From Octopus sinensis (Eukaryota): 36,459 bases of DNA. Under the pieces are notes generated by a model, which did not search any database, was not told the origin of the DNA, and was given only the letters and a program-made list of their open reading frames with translations. The position numbers and the translations under genes were made by a program. Where the stretch lies: positions 1 to 36,459 of the forward strand of contig NW_021833227.1 in assembly GCF_006345805.1 (NCBI RefSeq), written 5' to 3'. Below, piece by piece: positions 35,000-36,459 of this stretch. Within the stretch, counting starts at the first letter, position 1. Each line of letters opens with the position of its first letter.

Positions 35000-35378
35000 C
35001 ACAGGAATGGCCGTGTAGTAAGTAGCTTGCTTACCAACTACATGGTTCCAGGTTCAGTCCCACTGCATGGCATTTTTAGCTAGTGTCTTCTACTATTTTG
35101 GTAGATGGAAACTGAAAGAAGCCTGTTATTTATATATACATATATGTATGTATGTGTGTGTATGTGTTTGTGTGTCAGTGTTTGTCCTCCCAACATCACT
35201 TGACAACTGATGCTGGTGTGTTTACGTCCCCGTAACTTAGCAGTTCGGCAAAAGAGACTGATAGAATAAGTACTAAGCCTACAAAGAATAAGTCCTGGGG
35301 TTGATTTGCTTGACTAAAAGGTGGTGCACCAGCATGGCCGCAGTCTAATGACTGAAACAAGTAAAAGAATAAAATAAA
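35000..35378 (+). mobile_element. SINE family 1 with an internal deletion
   Basis: Family 1 head and tail. Confidence 0.85.
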
Positions 35379-35384
35379 ATATAT

Positions 35385-36053
35385 ATATATATAATAACAA
35401 AAGAAAGTTTGTGTTTGTGAATTTGTTACTTTAACTCCTTCAAGACTATCCAACAGACCTTGATGAAACTTGACACGTGTGTTGGGCTAGTGTCCATGCG
35501 GTCACTTACGCACTTGGAATTTTTTAAAAATCGATTTTTAATCAGCATCGATTTTTCAAAAACCGGAAAATTTCAACATTTTCCACACTAGCCATTATGA
35601 CATCCATTTGATGAAAAATGTTTCATGGTTATAAACAGACAGCTTATTAACGGTAATCTATTTAGCATTTGCTAATTCTTCATTTCAATGCGAATTGTTT
35701 TGATTTGCTAAAACTTATTTCAATTTGTTGTTTTAATTCCTCAGCATTTCAGGTTTCGATTAGGTAAGAGCATTTATTTCTCAAGCAAAATTTAGGTATT
35801 TTGCATACTAGCCATCATGATATCAATTTGTCAAAATCTGCCCCAAAGCATAAAATTTCCCCATTTTAAGCACATGCACAAAAATGACGATGACATGGGT
35901 TTGCTAACAGACCGCTCAGTTTTCGTCAAATTGGTCCTACCCATTATTGTAGATTTTAAAGTTTTGAAAAATGTCGAAATTTGCTGAAAAATGTTTCATG
36001 GCTATCAACAGACATCTTATTAACATTAATTTTTTAGCAGGTACCTCAGCAAG

Positions 36054-36056
<3 letters not shown>
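35385..36056 (+). mobile_element. Helitron-like non-autonomous element
   Basis: TA-rich start with aaagtttgtgtttgtg, internal gatgaaacttgacac, and a degenerate 3' end ggtacctcagcaag|t. Confidence 0.4.
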
Positions 36057-36118
<62 letters not shown>

Positions 36119-36173
36119 ACCAAATAATATATAAACATATTCATATATACATACATATATATACATACCTACA

Positions 36174-36208
<35 letters not shown>

Positions 36209-36292
36209 ATATCAGGGTAGCAAAAAATTCAAGAGAAATTTTTTCGAGAAAGAAAAAATAGTCAACAGACAATATAATGTACATTCAACAAT

Positions 36293-36332
36293 AATATTAA
36301 GGAATGGCCTTAATAGGCCATTCCTTAATATT
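36293..36332. repeat. 18-bp-arm hairpin
   Basis: aatattaaggaatggcct-taat-aggccattccttaatatt. Confidence 0.9.
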
Positions 36333-36359
36333 GTTATTATATATATATATATACAAATA

Positions 36360-36459
36360 TACAATGGGGTTTTTTAGTTTCTGTCTAACCAAATCCACTC
36401 ACAAAGCTTTGGTCAGCCAGAGGCTATAGTAGAAGACACTAGTCCAAGGAACCATGCAG
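36360..36459 (-). mobile_element. SINE family 1 fragment cut by the window end
   Basis: ccaaatccactcacaaagctttggtcagccagaggctatagtagaagacact. Confidence 0.8.

Overview
Eukaryotic, AT-rich, microsatellite-dense and repeat-dominated DNA. The repeat families and the zinc-finger codon style point to a coleoid cephalopod (Octopus-like); this is inference, not a database match. Two host coding segments are clear: a 15-finger C2H2 zinc-finger ORF (20640-21995, +) and the long terminal exon of a chondroitin sulfate synthase (CHSY-family) gene (32692-34221, -), whose upstream exons lie beyond the right edge. Most of the rest is transposable element debris: three tRNA-derived SINE families, RTE and CR1/L2 LINE fragments, Tc1, Tigger, hAT, piggyBac-like and Merlin-like DNA elements, Helitrons, a solo LTR and Penelope-like (PLE) remnants. 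The most striking signal missing from the ORF track is a set of about ten type I hammerhead ribozyme (HHR) motifs from several sequence-distinct families. Each has a palindromic stem III, many sit in or beside fold-back inverted repeats in (TA)n/(TAT)n tracts, one lies downstream of a Penelope GIY-YIG endonuclease relic, and one is in sense orientation just past the zinc-finger gene's AATAAA. Also notable: a two-finger paralog of the ZNF gene split by an RTE insertion with a 35-bp target-site duplication, a PHD finger inside that RTE protein, and tandem candidate pseudoknots in the RTE 3' UTR. All alignments and folds were read by eye and need computational confirmation.
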